Shown: positions 7,116 through 16,556, counted from the stretch's first letter. The stretch: 37,670 nt of DNA from an uncultured Candidatus Peribacteria bacterium (GCA_964348685.1 CAYGDM010000002.1:1-37670), one strand, 5' to 3'. A program made the numbers and translations. Notes: generated from the sequence alone by a model not told the origin.

Positions 7116-7850
7116 CTAACGCGGCACTGCGAGGAAGTCGCGCACCTGGTATCGCGGCCGGATCTTGATCTTGAATCCGTCGCCGCCTGATTTGGAATCG
7201 CTGACGGCTCCGGTGTCTCCGGTGTTGCCCTCCGCGCTTTTGATGTGAGTGGCCTTGCGCTTGGGTACGCGGTTGCCGTACTCGTCGCACCAGCAAATGA
7301 ACATGCCGATGTGGTCGAACGTGAAGCGGACAAGGTGGCCGCAGAGCGGGTGAATCGTGGCGATGATGCCTGCGACCTGCGCGACCAGTCGAACCGCTCC
7401 CCACTTCCAAGTAACGAGGATCGAGCCAGCTCGCTTGTAGCAGTAGGCCATCGCCCATCCGCACCAAGCCTGCCCGGGGATTCCTCCGCCTTCGCGGATC
7501 ACGGGGTCAAGGTCCGGGCCTCGGTTGTTGCCGCCTGACTCCTCAAGACCTTCGAGCTTCATCGCCTCGTCGTATGCCTTGAGGCGCAGCGGACGGCGAA
7601 GTGCTCGCTTCTCTGCCTGGTACTTGGCCTTGAGGTTTGCCCGCTCGATCTTCGACTTGCGGAAGGTGCGCAGGCGGATCGCTCGCATCCTCTTGGCGTG
7701 AATGTATGCCTGCTTGTTGGCGCGGGTTGGGTTGGCTAGGTAAACCTCACGTTTAGCCTTAGCGACCTTCGACCAGTGCTTGAAGTTCTCGAATCGCTCG
7801 CGTGTGGTGACGACGCTCGCGATGTACGCGGCGCGCAGTTTCTTGAGCAT
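7116..7850 (-). CDS. Endolysin candidate: C-terminal CHAP / NlpC-P60 / TIGR02594-like cysteine peptidase with a long basic helical N-terminus
   Basis: GQAWCGWAMAYCYKRAG ... GHLVRFTFDHIGMF ... SAEGNTGD fits a Cys-His peptidase pattern. GGAGG SD. Position is upstream of the holin-like gene. Confidence 0.6.
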   Translation of the reverse strand: MLKKLRAAYIASVVTTRERFENFKHWSKVAKAKREVYLANPTRANKQAYIHAKRMRAIRLRTFRKSKIERANLKAKYQAEKRALRRPLRLKAYDEAMKLEGLEESGGNNRGPDLDPVIREGGGIPGQAWCGWAMAYCYKRAGSILVTWKWGAVRLVAQVAGIIATIHPLCGHLVRFTFDHIGMFICWCDEYGNRVPKRKATHIKSAEGNTGDTGAVSDSKSGGDGFKIKIRPRYQVRDFLAVPR

Positions 7851-7873
7851 GTGGCCTCCGTTGAGGGTGAGGG

Positions 7874-8146
7874 TTAGAAAAGGCGTTGAAGAATCTCGAA
7901 GAAGGGCGAGCCGTTGACGGCGGCGCTTGGGATCTGTTTCACGACTTCGATGCGCTGGTCGGGCGGCACAAACAGAACGATGCCGATCACTGCAAGCGCG
8001 TAGTACACACGGGCAAATCTTTTTGCTATCCGGCCGTCCAAATCGTTATCGAACTTTTCAAGGTCGCGGAATCGCACAACTGGGTTGTCGTCCGATTCGA
8101 TTACTGGCTTACCTTGATCGGGCGGGGCGTTCAATGGTTTCCCCAT
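7874..8146 (-). CDS. Small membrane protein of the lysis region
   Basis: 90 aa with one hydrophobic segment, VYYALAVIGIVLFVPP. Confidence 0.45.
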   Translation of the reverse strand: MGKPLNAPPDQGKPVIESDDNPVVRFRDLEKFDNDLDGRIAKRFARVYYALAVIGIVLFVPPDQRIEVVKQIPSAAVNGSPFFEILQRLF

Positions 8147-8239
8147 TCAGGCATACTCCGAACTGTCATTCGACGGCCTCTTTCGTCGTTGGCATTTGCG
8201 CCCGTCCTCGGTGTGCAGCTCCGGGGGCGGGCCTTCTCA

Positions 8240-9880
8240 TTACGCGCGAACGCGCCGCGTCCGCTTTTCGGTGATCACTTGATCGAGCAGCGCGTCAGCG
8301 TCTTGCGATTCGGCGTCGACGGTGATCGATTCGGTCTTCGCGTCGCCGTTCCAACTGCACTCATGCACGATCAGAGGTACGCCTTCCGCGTTCCCCTCGT
8401 CGTCTTCGACCAAGATCGTGTCTCCGTCGCGGACCTTGAAGGCTTGGTGCCAGTTTCCGGCGTCGTCACGTATGTGGCCGCTGATCGTGATCTTGCCGGG
8501 GCGGCGGTGGCGGTTGAGCCGCCCGAGTACCAGCTGGCCGTAACGGATCGCGCCTGCCTCCGAATCGGGGTCGGGAAGTTGGATCGGCTCCCATGCCTTG
8601 ATCCCGTGACGGTTGGCTGCGATGCGTGGATCGTCGTCGCGCAGGCGGTCGTCATCATCTGGCGTAATGATTGTGGAGCGCATGGTCGAGACGTCTTGGT
8701 AGGAGACGATCACGCCGTTGACGATGTTCTCTGTGGCAGGGCCACTGAATTGGATGCGTGTGCCTGGATCGCCGCGACGCACGCGCCAAGTCACGGTGTC
8801 CGTGGAGAGCGGCTGATTGGTGAGGATGCGCCCCGGACGGACCGCGAGGTTGCGCATCTCGTACTTGTTGAGGCGCAGCCAGAAGTCGTAGGGGTCGATC
8901 AATCCGTACTCGATGGCGTGCTCAACGATGTGAGTCGTGGCTTCAAGTTGCGATGTGTCGAGCAGTGGCGCGTAGAGACTTGCCGAATGGGCGATCATGT
9001 CGGAGACGAGGTAGCCGCCGCCTTGGTCGGTGAGGCCGTGAGTGCCATGCAGTGTTGGCGTCCAGAGCATCGTCCGATCGAGACTGTCGTCTGTCGCGTA
9101 AGCGACTGAATAGAGCAGGCTGACGAATGCAAAAGAACCGTCGGATGTACTTGCGGAAAGCGAATCGGATGCCGATGCGCCAGAGGGTTGCAAGTCACCG
9201 CCGTAATCCGTTACCGCGCCCTCATCATCTGTGGAGAGATAGATACCCCACTCAAACGCAGCGGTGGCCTCCATGTTGTCAGCACCCGGCGCGCGATCAA
9301 CATCACAATCGAAGATCCCGATCTTCGCCCCAGCGGGCGGAACAAACCACGCTTCGGCTCTCGGCAACGATCCGGCAGTCCACGTCGGTTGTGGCAGGCG
9401 CGTGAGCACCACGCCATCCGCGACTGACCCATCGGTTGGCACGTAGCTTCCGCCACCGTTTATCGCGTCCTTGCGAGCCTGCGGCATCCCGCCCCACCCC
9501 GACGAGCCCGAAGCGATGTAGAGGAACGGCAGCATTGGACGGTCGCGCCCGTGGCTCATCCAAGAGCCGCCGAGCACACCGATCCGCGCCTTCTCTGAAT
9601 CCGTGTCGCCCGCAAGTCGCGCGACGCGGTGCTCAGAAACCACTTCCCCCGCAAGCGTCACAAACCGCAGCGTGTCGTACAAACCGAGGTCCGGCCACTC
9701 GCTACCGGGCTTGCGCGGCAGAACGCACCCGCCGTTGGCGCACCCCTCCATGATTTTGTGTGAGAAGTTGATCCCCGATGGGCGGTTCTCAACGTTGCGT
9801 GCGTTGGCGTCCCAGCGATATGTCTGGCCTTCGGCGGTCTCGACCTCTGCGTGGAGTTCGAGGGATGGGAGGTTGCTCAT
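8240..9880 (-). CDS. Tail-associated / baseplate hub protein (Tal-like minor tail protein)
   Basis: 546 aa from the ATG at 9880 (ATGA overlap with the upstream stop). It is the second gene after the tape measure (ignoring the inserted HNH gene), and its size and position are typical of Tal. Confidence 0.6.
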   Translation of the reverse strand: MSNLPSLELHAEVETAEGQTYRWDANARNVENRPSGINFSHKIMEGCANGGCVLPRKPGSEWPDLGLYDTLRFVTLAGEVVSEHRVARLAGDTDSEKARIGVLGGSWMSHGRDRPMLPFLYIASGSSGWGGMPQARKDAINGGGSYVPTDGSVADGVVLTRLPQPTWTAGSLPRAEAWFVPPAGAKIGIFDCDVDRAPGADNMEATAAFEWGIYLSTDDEGAVTDYGGDLQPSGASASDSLSASTSDGSFAFVSLLYSVAYATDDSLDRTMLWTPTLHGTHGLTDQGGGYLVSDMIAHSASLYAPLLDTSQLEATTHIVEHAIEYGLIDPYDFWLRLNKYEMRNLAVRPGRILTNQPLSTDTVTWRVRRGDPGTRIQFSGPATENIVNGVIVSYQDVSTMRSTIITPDDDDRLRDDDPRIAANRHGIKAWEPIQLPDPDSEAGAIRYGQLVLGRLNRHRRPGKITISGHIRDDAGNWHQAFKVRDGDTILVEDDEGNAEGVPLIVHECSWNGDAKTESITVDAESQDADALLDQVITEKRTRRVRA

Positions 9881-11913
9881 GCCGTGCCGATGGGGTTGCG
9901 GTGACGCGCGCGCCAACGGACTGAAATGCTGTGTTCGTCGCCAACCGTCGAGTCGGGCAGCGTGTCGACGTCATTGCGGCGCATCTTGGTGACGATGCGG
10001 GAGGTCTTGGCCTGGTCTCCTTCCGGCGGAATCCAGAGACGGGAGCCGCGGTCCTGCGGCGGCGTTCCGATGTAGACACCGGATGAGTCGTAGCGCTCTG
10101 CGCGGTCGTGCGTGATCTCAATCTCTTGATCGGCAAAGCAAACCCTGGCTTCCGAAGGCACACCTGCTCTGAAGTTCGTGTAAGTTCGCGTGTTCGCGGT
10201 TGCCGAAGCTTGGTAATCGAGAATCCCAACCTTGCCCGATGAGATAGCCGCGGCGCAGAGGCTCGCGCTAGTCCCCTCATCCAGCAGAACGCCATCCGCA
10301 AATAGGCGCCATAGCCCCGACTCGAACACCATCGCCGCAACCTTGACGGCAGTTGTGCCAACAGGGGAAAGCACCGTTTGTTCGATCGTGGTCTCGACCC
10401 CAGCGAGCACTCGCACCAGATTCACGTATAGATCCGTGGATGTGGAATTGATGTAGGCGGCTACGAAATCGTTGGGGCCATTAGCCCGGCAAACGGCACC
10501 TTGGGACACGGCGACCGCACCGGCAGATCGGGCTGCAGTTATTTCTATGTAGGTGTCGGAGTAAACCTCATCGCCGAGCACGAGTATTCGGCCCATCCGG
10601 ACTCCGCTGCCCGCTGCATCGCTGACTTCAGTTCGCGTGATCCCAGCGGCGGCATCTTGAAAGTCGGCAGTATCTCCGCTGGCGCCGAGCCACGCCCATG
10701 CGCCGCCGCCGCTCGCCGTGTCTCCGGTGACCGCACCACTGCAAAGGCTGAAGTCGTCCGATTCCGTCAGGGATTCAATCACCATCCCAGACTCCGGCGC
10801 CCGCAGCTTTCCGTAGCGCTCGACGGGGATGATGGCAACGTAGTCAACAACAACCTGTCGGCTAGTTACTGACTCATCAAGTATCTCGATGTAGCCGTCC
10901 CACGCCTGCGTTCCAGATTCCAACGTGGGAATCGTGATCACGCCAAGATCAATGTCTGACCATCTTGCGGTTGATGTTGTAGTCAGGCTCGGTGCAGGCC
11001 GTACCCACGGCCCTTCCGTGAACGGACCGTCGCCGACTCGATGCACGAGCCGGATGTAAGTTCCACTGGAAACCACGTAACCGCGTAGACGAACCCGCTT
11101 GGAGCCCACGTGCGGTTGTCGCGCGATGCCGCAAAGGCGACGCGTAACCGGGCCACCATAAGCGCCACCGACAACTACGTTAGTGGAGTAGGACCCAGCC
11201 ACCGCTGTCGAAGTTCCCTCATATCCGGTCACGACTAGATCCGAACCATCGAGATTCAAGATCACATCCGAAGGCGTTACAGGGTCGTAGCCGTACTGCT
11301 CAAGCCCCCACTCAAAATGCGACCGATCAACCGATTCCAGATCGGTAACGATCATCTCCCCTTCCGCGTCCACGTCGCCGGCCACGTTCTCAAGTTCCAG
11401 CGTGACCACTGGCGTAGACCCCGATGCAACAACCGGCGTCGACCAATCCCCATAAAAGAACGGCTTGCAGATCAAAGTCACAACAAGGATCGGGGACTTG
11501 TGATACCAGCCAATATCTGCCCCCGACATTTCCTGCGGGGATTCTGCGATCTCGCCTTCAAGCACAAAGAACGTCGAGCGCTCTGACGCGCCCTCTGGCC
11601 TCCACACGCACTCAAGACCATCCGGCGCACGTCGAGCTGCGTCATCCAGTTTCTTTTGGAGCCGGTGCATCTGATCGAGCGCAGCGTCCATCGACGCGCC
11701 TTCATCGACGCGCAGGCGCAGGCCCATGATCATGTTGTCGGCCTTCGCTTGGCCGAGTGGCAGAGCGCCGTCGGAGTCTTCCGAGGTAACGAGGTCGACG
11801 CGCTTACGAGCAGGCCGGTAGTCCATGCCTGCGAACATCCACGGACCCCACGTGACATCCAGGGGATTCGTGTCGTTGACGCCGAAGATCAGTTCGAGTG
11901 GTCTATCGCTCAT
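9877..11913 (-). CDS. Distal tail protein (Dit)-like minor tail protein with a large insertion
   Basis: 678 aa. It is the first structural gene after the tape measure and HNH genes. Confidence 0.55.
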   Translation of the reverse strand: MSDRPLELIFGVNDTNPLDVTWGPWMFAGMDYRPARKRVDLVTSEDSDGALPLGQAKADNMIMGLRLRVDEGASMDAALDQMHRLQKKLDDAARRAPDGLECVWRPEGASERSTFFVLEGEIAESPQEMSGADIGWYHKSPILVVTLICKPFFYGDWSTPVVASGSTPVVTLELENVAGDVDAEGEMIVTDLESVDRSHFEWGLEQYGYDPVTPSDVILNLDGSDLVVTGYEGTSTAVAGSYSTNVVVGGAYGGPVTRRLCGIARQPHVGSKRVRLRGYVVSSGTYIRLVHRVGDGPFTEGPWVRPAPSLTTTSTARWSDIDLGVITIPTLESGTQAWDGYIEILDESVTSRQVVVDYVAIIPVERYGKLRAPESGMVIESLTESDDFSLCSGAVTGDTASGGGAWAWLGASGDTADFQDAAAGITRTEVSDAAGSGVRMGRILVLGDEVYSDTYIEITAARSAGAVAVSQGAVCRANGPNDFVAAYINSTSTDLYVNLVRVLAGVETTIEQTVLSPVGTTAVKVAAMVFESGLWRLFADGVLLDEGTSASLCAAAISSGKVGILDYQASATANTRTYTNFRAGVPSEARVCFADQEIEITHDRAERYDSSGVYIGTPPQDRGSRLWIPPEGDQAKTSRIVTKMRRNDVDTLPDSTVGDEHSISVRWRARHRNPIGTA

Positions 11914-12431
11914 ATCTCTCCCCTCGCCCTCGCGCGCTTACAGGCACGGCATTCGCGATTCCCATTTTTCTTGATATAGGTGTTCTCGCCCGTAAATTCA
12001 TGCCCACGGATGCAATGTGACTTGGCGGCGTTGACCGCAGTCGGCCCGACACCTCGGAGTACGTTCACGCGATGGCTAACCGCCTCTAAATGGCGAGGGT
12101 TCACACACGCTCGATTGCGGCAGAGATGATCGACGACCAGCCCCTCGGGAACGGGGCCAAAAGCGCGCTCGTAGGCGAGAACGTGGGACTGACGCATCTT
12201 TCGCGTAACAGAGCAGCGTTCCGCCGCGTATCCGTTGTGGCCGATGACCATCTGGGATGTCCAGCACGGCGACAGGTACCCGCGATCTTCGACTCGATAA
12301 CGAACACGCTTACGAATTCCATGCCCACGCAAAAAACGAAAGGGCATTCCCTTGACGGCCCCGCTCCGTGGATCATCCTGTTTCGCGATGTTGGTTTCGT
12401 TTCCGCAGCCGCACTCACAGAATCCCGTCAT
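11910..12431 (-). CDS. HNH (HNH_3-type) endonuclease inserted between the tape measure and Dit genes
   Basis: GLVVDHLCRNRACVNPRHLEAVSHRVN plus an N-terminal CECGCG and a C-terminal CRACK. ATGA overlaps at both ends. Confidence 0.8.
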   Translation of the reverse strand: MTGFCECGCGNETNIAKQDDPRSGAVKGMPFRFLRGHGIRKRVRYRVEDRGYLSPCWTSQMVIGHNGYAAERCSVTRKMRQSHVLAYERAFGPVPEGLVVDHLCRNRACVNPRHLEAVSHRVNVLRGVGPTAVNAAKSHCIRGHEFTGENTYIKKNGNRECRACKRARARGEI

Positions 12432-14668
12432 GGCAAAGCCAATCGGCCATCGCCAGCGGTAAGCCTGCGTCCACCGACGCCGACGTTTCCGATTCGTTCA
12501 TTGACTGCATCTGCCAGCGCGTCGATGGCGCCTGCGGTGCCGGATTGATTGAGGGCGTCGATCGCGTTGACGAGACGGTCGAGGCCGGGGATTGTGGGGG
12601 TCATCGCGGCGGGTGACTGCACGCCCGTGGTCAGCGACGGGCCGATCGCCGAGACTTCGCCGTAGAGGCCCGAGAGTTCTGTTTCGATGCCCTGCTGGAA
12701 TCCAGCGATGATCGCGCGGCCTTCGGGGATCAGCAGCTTGCGGTCCTTCTGGATCGGACCCTTGAGGCTCTTGATCTTGTCTGCAATCTTTCCAACGGTG
12801 TCGTAGACCGACGAGAGCAGTGACTTGATTCCGTCGAGCAAACCCTGAATGACGGCGCGGCCCTCGTCATAAAGAAGGTTTCCGAGATCGCCCACGGCGC
12901 TCTTGATCTTCTTAGCGATCGTGCCTGCCAGCGAAACTACGTCACTGATCCGATTGGAGACCGCATCTTTGAATTGATCGAACGCCGACCGCGCGATACC
13001 GACAACCGTTGAGCCAAGACTTGAGAGCGCATCGCGGGCCTTGCCCGGCAGCGCGCGCACGAATCCAACGATGTCACTGATTCGGCTCGACACCGCATCC
13101 TTGACGCTGTTCCATGCAGATGATGTGGTCGACTTGACCCAGCTCCATGCGCTCGAGAGAGCATCCTTGACGCTGCCCACCGCCGACGACACGTTGCGAG
13201 TGATCGCGTCCCACGCTCCAGAGATGAAACCCGTCACCGCCGTCCAAGCATTGACTACCGCGTTCTTGATGTCGCCGCCGTTCTTGATGATGACCGCGAG
13301 CAGCGCGCCCAGCGGCCCGAGCAGAGCGGTCAAGATGTAGGGCCAGTAATCGATCAGGTATTGCTTGAGCTTGTCCCAGTTGGCGATGATCAGCGCGATC
13401 CCGATGGTGATTGCGGCGATGGCCCACGCGATCGGGCCAAGACCGATAATCCACGCAACGGCCATCTGCGCACCGGCCACCAGCGCGGCAATTCCCACCG
13501 CTGCGATCAACGCTGCGAGCCCGATGAGGATCGGTTCGGCAATCTCCCAGTGGTCAAGCAGAAATATCAAGCCCGCGTTCACGCCATCGAATATCCCTGT
13601 GGCGACGGGCTCCAGCTTGAGCTTGATCCGGTTCGTGAATTCTTTCCAATTCTCCGAGAGGTCTTTTGTCTCGTCCGCTGCCTTCTCGATCGAGCCGTCG
13701 CCGTTGCGGAAGGTCTCAATCATGTCGTCGAGGGCGAAGCGGCCTTGCTCGATGGCCTCTTTCATGTCAGCTCCGGCCCGTGACCCGAATACGTCCATTG
13801 CGAGTCCTGTGCGCTCGGCCGCAGGGATTGTCTCGTCGGTCATAACTGCCATCACTTCGCGCAGCGCATCGCCCGGCTCTTTGGCAGTGATGCCGAGTTC
13901 CTTTAACTTATTCTTGAGTCCGTCGGTCGGCTCGATCAGATTCGCCAGCGCCAGTTTGAATCCAGGCACCATCGTCTGCGTGTTCACACCCGCCTTCTCG
14001 AAGATGCCGAACATTGCTGCCGACTCTTCGAGTGTCCATCCGAGCTGACGCAGCGGAGATCCAAACTTCTGCACGCTTCCCGCAAGGTCGGCAACAGAGA
14101 TACCCGTGTCCTGCGAGATTGCAAAAAACCCATCGAGGGTGTCGGCCATCTTGTCGGTCGGCACTTCCCAGTCGACGAAGGCTTTGGAGACTGATTCGAT
14201 GTTGCCCGAGAGATCGGTTCCGGTCAGGCGCGAAAGCTCGACCATCTGGCCCGCGACTTCTTGAAGTGCTGGGCCTGTGATTCCGAGGCGCTGATTGAGC
14301 TCGCCGATCGCGGTTGCGACGGTGCCGGCGTCGGCAGGAACCGTGGCGAAGACTGCGCGAAAATCATCCTTGAGTCCTTCCAGTTCCTTGCCCGTGGCTC
14401 CCGTCTTGACGATGATCTGGTCGTATGCCGAATCGAACTCTTCGCCGAGTTTGTAGAGCGCCGCGCCAGCTAGTGCAGCGCCCGCCACCACGGCGGCGCC
14501 AGCGACGACCATGCCCGCCTTCATGTTGCCGCCCATGATCTGTGAGAGCTTCGTACCGAGCGCAGAAAACATGCCAGAGGTCTGAGCGTCCATCATCGAC
14601 AGTGCTGTTTGGAGGGGACCTGCGTCGGCGTCTAGCTCGAGCACCGCGCGGCCAAGTGATTCGGCCAT
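12428..14668 (-). CDS. Tail tape measure protein
   Basis: 746 aa with a TP901-type core (LGWTLEESAAMFGIFEKAGVNTQTMVPGFKLALANL), central TM-like segments and a repetitive helical C-terminus. GGAGGG SD. Confidence 0.9.
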   Translation of the reverse strand: MAESLGRAVLELDADAGPLQTALSMMDAQTSGMFSALGTKLSQIMGGNMKAGMVVAGAAVVAGAALAGAALYKLGEEFDSAYDQIIVKTGATGKELEGLKDDFRAVFATVPADAGTVATAIGELNQRLGITGPALQEVAGQMVELSRLTGTDLSGNIESVSKAFVDWEVPTDKMADTLDGFFAISQDTGISVADLAGSVQKFGSPLRQLGWTLEESAAMFGIFEKAGVNTQTMVPGFKLALANLIEPTDGLKNKLKELGITAKEPGDALREVMAVMTDETIPAAERTGLAMDVFGSRAGADMKEAIEQGRFALDDMIETFRNGDGSIEKAADETKDLSENWKEFTNRIKLKLEPVATGIFDGVNAGLIFLLDHWEIAEPILIGLAALIAAVGIAALVAGAQMAVAWIIGLGPIAWAIAAITIGIALIIANWDKLKQYLIDYWPYILTALLGPLGALLAVIIKNGGDIKNAVVNAWTAVTGFISGAWDAITRNVSSAVGSVKDALSSAWSWVKSTTSSAWNSVKDAVSSRISDIVGFVRALPGKARDALSSLGSTVVGIARSAFDQFKDAVSNRISDVVSLAGTIAKKIKSAVGDLGNLLYDEGRAVIQGLLDGIKSLLSSVYDTVGKIADKIKSLKGPIQKDRKLLIPEGRAIIAGFQQGIETELSGLYGEVSAIGPSLTTGVQSPAAMTPTIPGLDRLVNAIDALNQSGTAGAIDALADAVNERIGNVGVGGRRLTAGDGRLALP

Positions 14669-14671
14669 GTG

Positions 14672-14896
14672 TCATCCCTCCTTTACTGGTATGCCGAGCA
14701 TCGCTAGATCGCGGCTCGTCGCCTTCTTTGCCTTTTGTTTGCCGCCTGCGCGGCGCTCAAGGTCGCGGACGTAGGTCTTGCGAGTCTCTGGGCGCATCTG
14801 GCCGCTGGTGCCAGCCGAGATCGCACGGACCGTTCGTAGCTGGGCCTCTGCTTCGAGCTGCGGCAGCGCCGCCATGTAGACGCGCAGCTTGCGCAT
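14672..14896 (-). CDS. Tail assembly chaperone T segment, probably expressed as a G-T fusion by -1 frameshift
   Basis: This ORF lies in the -1 frame relative to 14950..15354. Its frame is open upstream to 15046, and there is no SD before its ATG. Confidence 0.55.
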   Translation of the reverse strand: MRKLRVYMAALPQLEAEAQLRTVRAISAGTSGQMRPETRKTYVRDLERRAGGKQKAKKATSRDLAMLGIPVKEG

Positions 14897-14949
14897 CGGC
14901 AGGCGGAACCACGAATCGGGATCGCCGGGGTAGAACGCCTGAAGCTTCG

Positions 14950-15354
14950 CTACCGCGAGGCCGATGTCTTGCGATTGGCCTCCACCTGTTTCATCAACTC
15001 GGGGGAGGCCAAGATAAAAGCCTCGACAATCTTCGCCTTCGCGCCGTCAGTGAGTTCGGCGAAGGCTTGATCTTCGAGGCTTGGAATCAAGTATTTGACG
15101 AGCGTTCCCAGCGCGTGCGCGAGCTTCTTAGCCTCGGGCGGCGTGATCTGGTCTGCGCTCTTCTTTTTTTCGAGCTTCTTGATGATCTCCGAGTAGCCTG
15201 AAATCTCGGCCTGCTCGTCGAGGGCCATGTCCTCGATCTGGATCATCGGGTAAAGCTTGCCGTCCTTGTGCTCGCTCCAATGGAGCAGGATCTCCGGGCG
15301 TTCTGGTGCGAGCGTTGAGAGTTCGAGGATCGGTGCGTCAGTTACTTCGGTCAT
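14950..15354 (-). CDS. Tail assembly chaperone (gpG-like)
   Basis: 134-aa acidic protein immediately upstream of the T segment and tape measure, in the canonical position. Confidence 0.65.
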   Translation of the reverse strand: MTEVTDAPILELSTLAPERPEILLHWSEHKDGKLYPMIQIEDMALDEQAEISGYSEIIKKLEKKKSADQITPPEAKKLAHALGTLVKYLIPSLEDQAFAELTDGAKAKIVEAFILASPELMKQVEANRKTSASR

Positions 15355-15547
15355 GTGACTCTGCCCTTTCGGCTGTGTCTTGGTATTTGATTGCGATGCC
15401 TGCTGCGCGGCAGACGGCTTCGAGTTCGTCGGCCTTTTGCATCAGCTCGCGGGACTTCTGACGCGAGGCGGCGGCTGAGCGCTTGTGCACCCGTGCCGCC
15501 TCTCGCAATTCGTTCGCTGCCTGTGCGAGTGCTGTGGCGTCGTTCAT
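15338..15547 (-). CDS. Hypothetical helical protein
   Basis: 69-aa ORF between the major tail and chaperone genes. Confidence 0.45.
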   Translation of the reverse strand: MNDATALAQAANELREAARVHKRSAAASRQKSRELMQKADELEAVCRAAGIAIKYQDTAERAESHDRSN

Positions 15548-15552
15548 GGCGG

Positions 15553-16140
15553 CTAGGAAGCCGCTGCGGTCTGGATGGTCAGGCGGTAGGGGTCTCCGTC
15601 GCCCGATGCGTCCAGCGCCACGTACTCAAGTTCGTAGCCAACCGGCACGCCCTTGTTGAAGGTCGGCTCGGGCTCGCCGCCCTGGAAGCACGAATCGACC
15701 TCGAACTGCGCGGCCAGTGATTCGTTGACGCTTGAAAGACCGCGTGCGAGCAGAGCGAACGTGTCGACCTGCAAGCCCTTGTAGAGGGCGACCTTCTTGG
15801 TGCCGGGGATTCCCGACGATGCAGCGGTGGTGGTGATCGCCGCGTCATCCATGATCTTGGCGACCTGCTCGGGAGAGAAGTCCACCAGCGTCAGGCCGAA
15901 CGTCAGGCCCTCTTCGGTGCGGAATGCCTTGCGCGGCACCGTGCCGCCCGCTGGCGTGAAGGTCTCGATGCTCTGCGGGTGTCCGACGGTAACGCCGTCG
16001 TCGCCGTAGTTCTTGTCACCCGAGGTTCCGAGCTTGGTCCAGCTTCCGCTTGGCGTCTCATCAACGTCAGGGAACGCCGTACCAACGGCGGCGACGTAGA
16101 CGGTGAGCGGTGCCGCAACAATTTCATATGGGGCTGCCAT
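15553..16140 (-). CDS. Major tail (tube) protein
   Basis: 195 aa with AAGGAG SD. Position and composition are typical: MAAPYEIVAAPLTVYVAAVGTAFPDVDETPSGSWTKLG... Confidence 0.75.
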   Translation of the reverse strand: MAAPYEIVAAPLTVYVAAVGTAFPDVDETPSGSWTKLGTSGDKNYGDDGVTVGHPQSIETFTPAGGTVPRKAFRTEEGLTFGLTLVDFSPEQVAKIMDDAAITTTAASSGIPGTKKVALYKGLQVDTFALLARGLSSVNESLAAQFEVDSCFQGGEPEPTFNKGVPVGYELEYVALDASGDGDPYRLTIQTAAAS

Positions 16141-16143
16141 GTT

Positions 16144-16353
16144 CTATTTCTCCTTCTTGGTCTGCCCCGCGCCTGCGGCCGTGGGCTTGGGTTGCTTGGG
16201 TTCGGTCGCCGGTAATTCGGTGACAGAAATCTCGGGGTCGGCGATCAAGCGCTTGCCCGCTGCGTCGGATACGTCTGCCGACTTGCCGCCCTTGATCTCA
16301 ACTCCCTCGACGATCAGGGTGTGCTTGGGGTCGGCTTCGTACTTGACTTTCAT
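16144..16353 (-). CDS. Hypothetical small protein
   Basis: The ATG at 16353 follows AAAGGAGG by 4 nt. 69 aa. Confidence 0.55.
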   Translation of the reverse strand: MKVKYEADPKHTLIVEGVEIKGGKSADVSDAAGKRLIADPEISVTELPATEPKQPKPTAAGAGQTKKEK

Positions 16354-16556
16354 CACGCCTCCTTTAGGCTGTGTGTGTGCTGCTTGATCGCTCCGAAGAG
16401 CCGATTCACGATTGCGTCGATCCGAACTGCCCGTTTCGGGACTTGCCGAAAGCCGAACACTTCGCTCGGCACAACCCGCTGTGCGCCGAAGCGTTTGTAG
16501 GGTCGGACGGATCAGAAGTGCTGTGCTCGCTGCACAAGGGCCACAAAGGCCCTCAT
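16353..16556 (-). pseudogene. 67-codon ORF interrupted by one in-frame TGA (16512..16514). Either a disrupted gene, a recoding site, or a 39-aa GTG-start ORF (16353..16472)
   Basis: The frame reads ATG(16556) MRAFVALVQRAQHF TGA SVRPYKRFGAQRVVPSEVFGFRQVPKRAVRIDAIVNRLFGAIKQHTHSLKEA TGA. The terminal TGA overlaps the ATG of the next gene (TGATG). Confidence 0.4.

Noticed and set aside
6392-7467. Minus-strand ORFs 6392..6991 (199 aa) and 6826..7467 (213 aa).
   Set aside because: Both run antisense to, or out of frame with, better-supported genes (the HExxH protein, holin and endolysin). Both cross the strong terminator at 6813..6840, and both give Arg/Ser/Pro-rich products.
7886-9109. 407-aa plus-strand ORF.
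   Set aside because: It is entirely antisense to the Tal-like tail gene and has an Arg/Val/Gly-rich composition typical of shadow ORFs in high-GC DNA.
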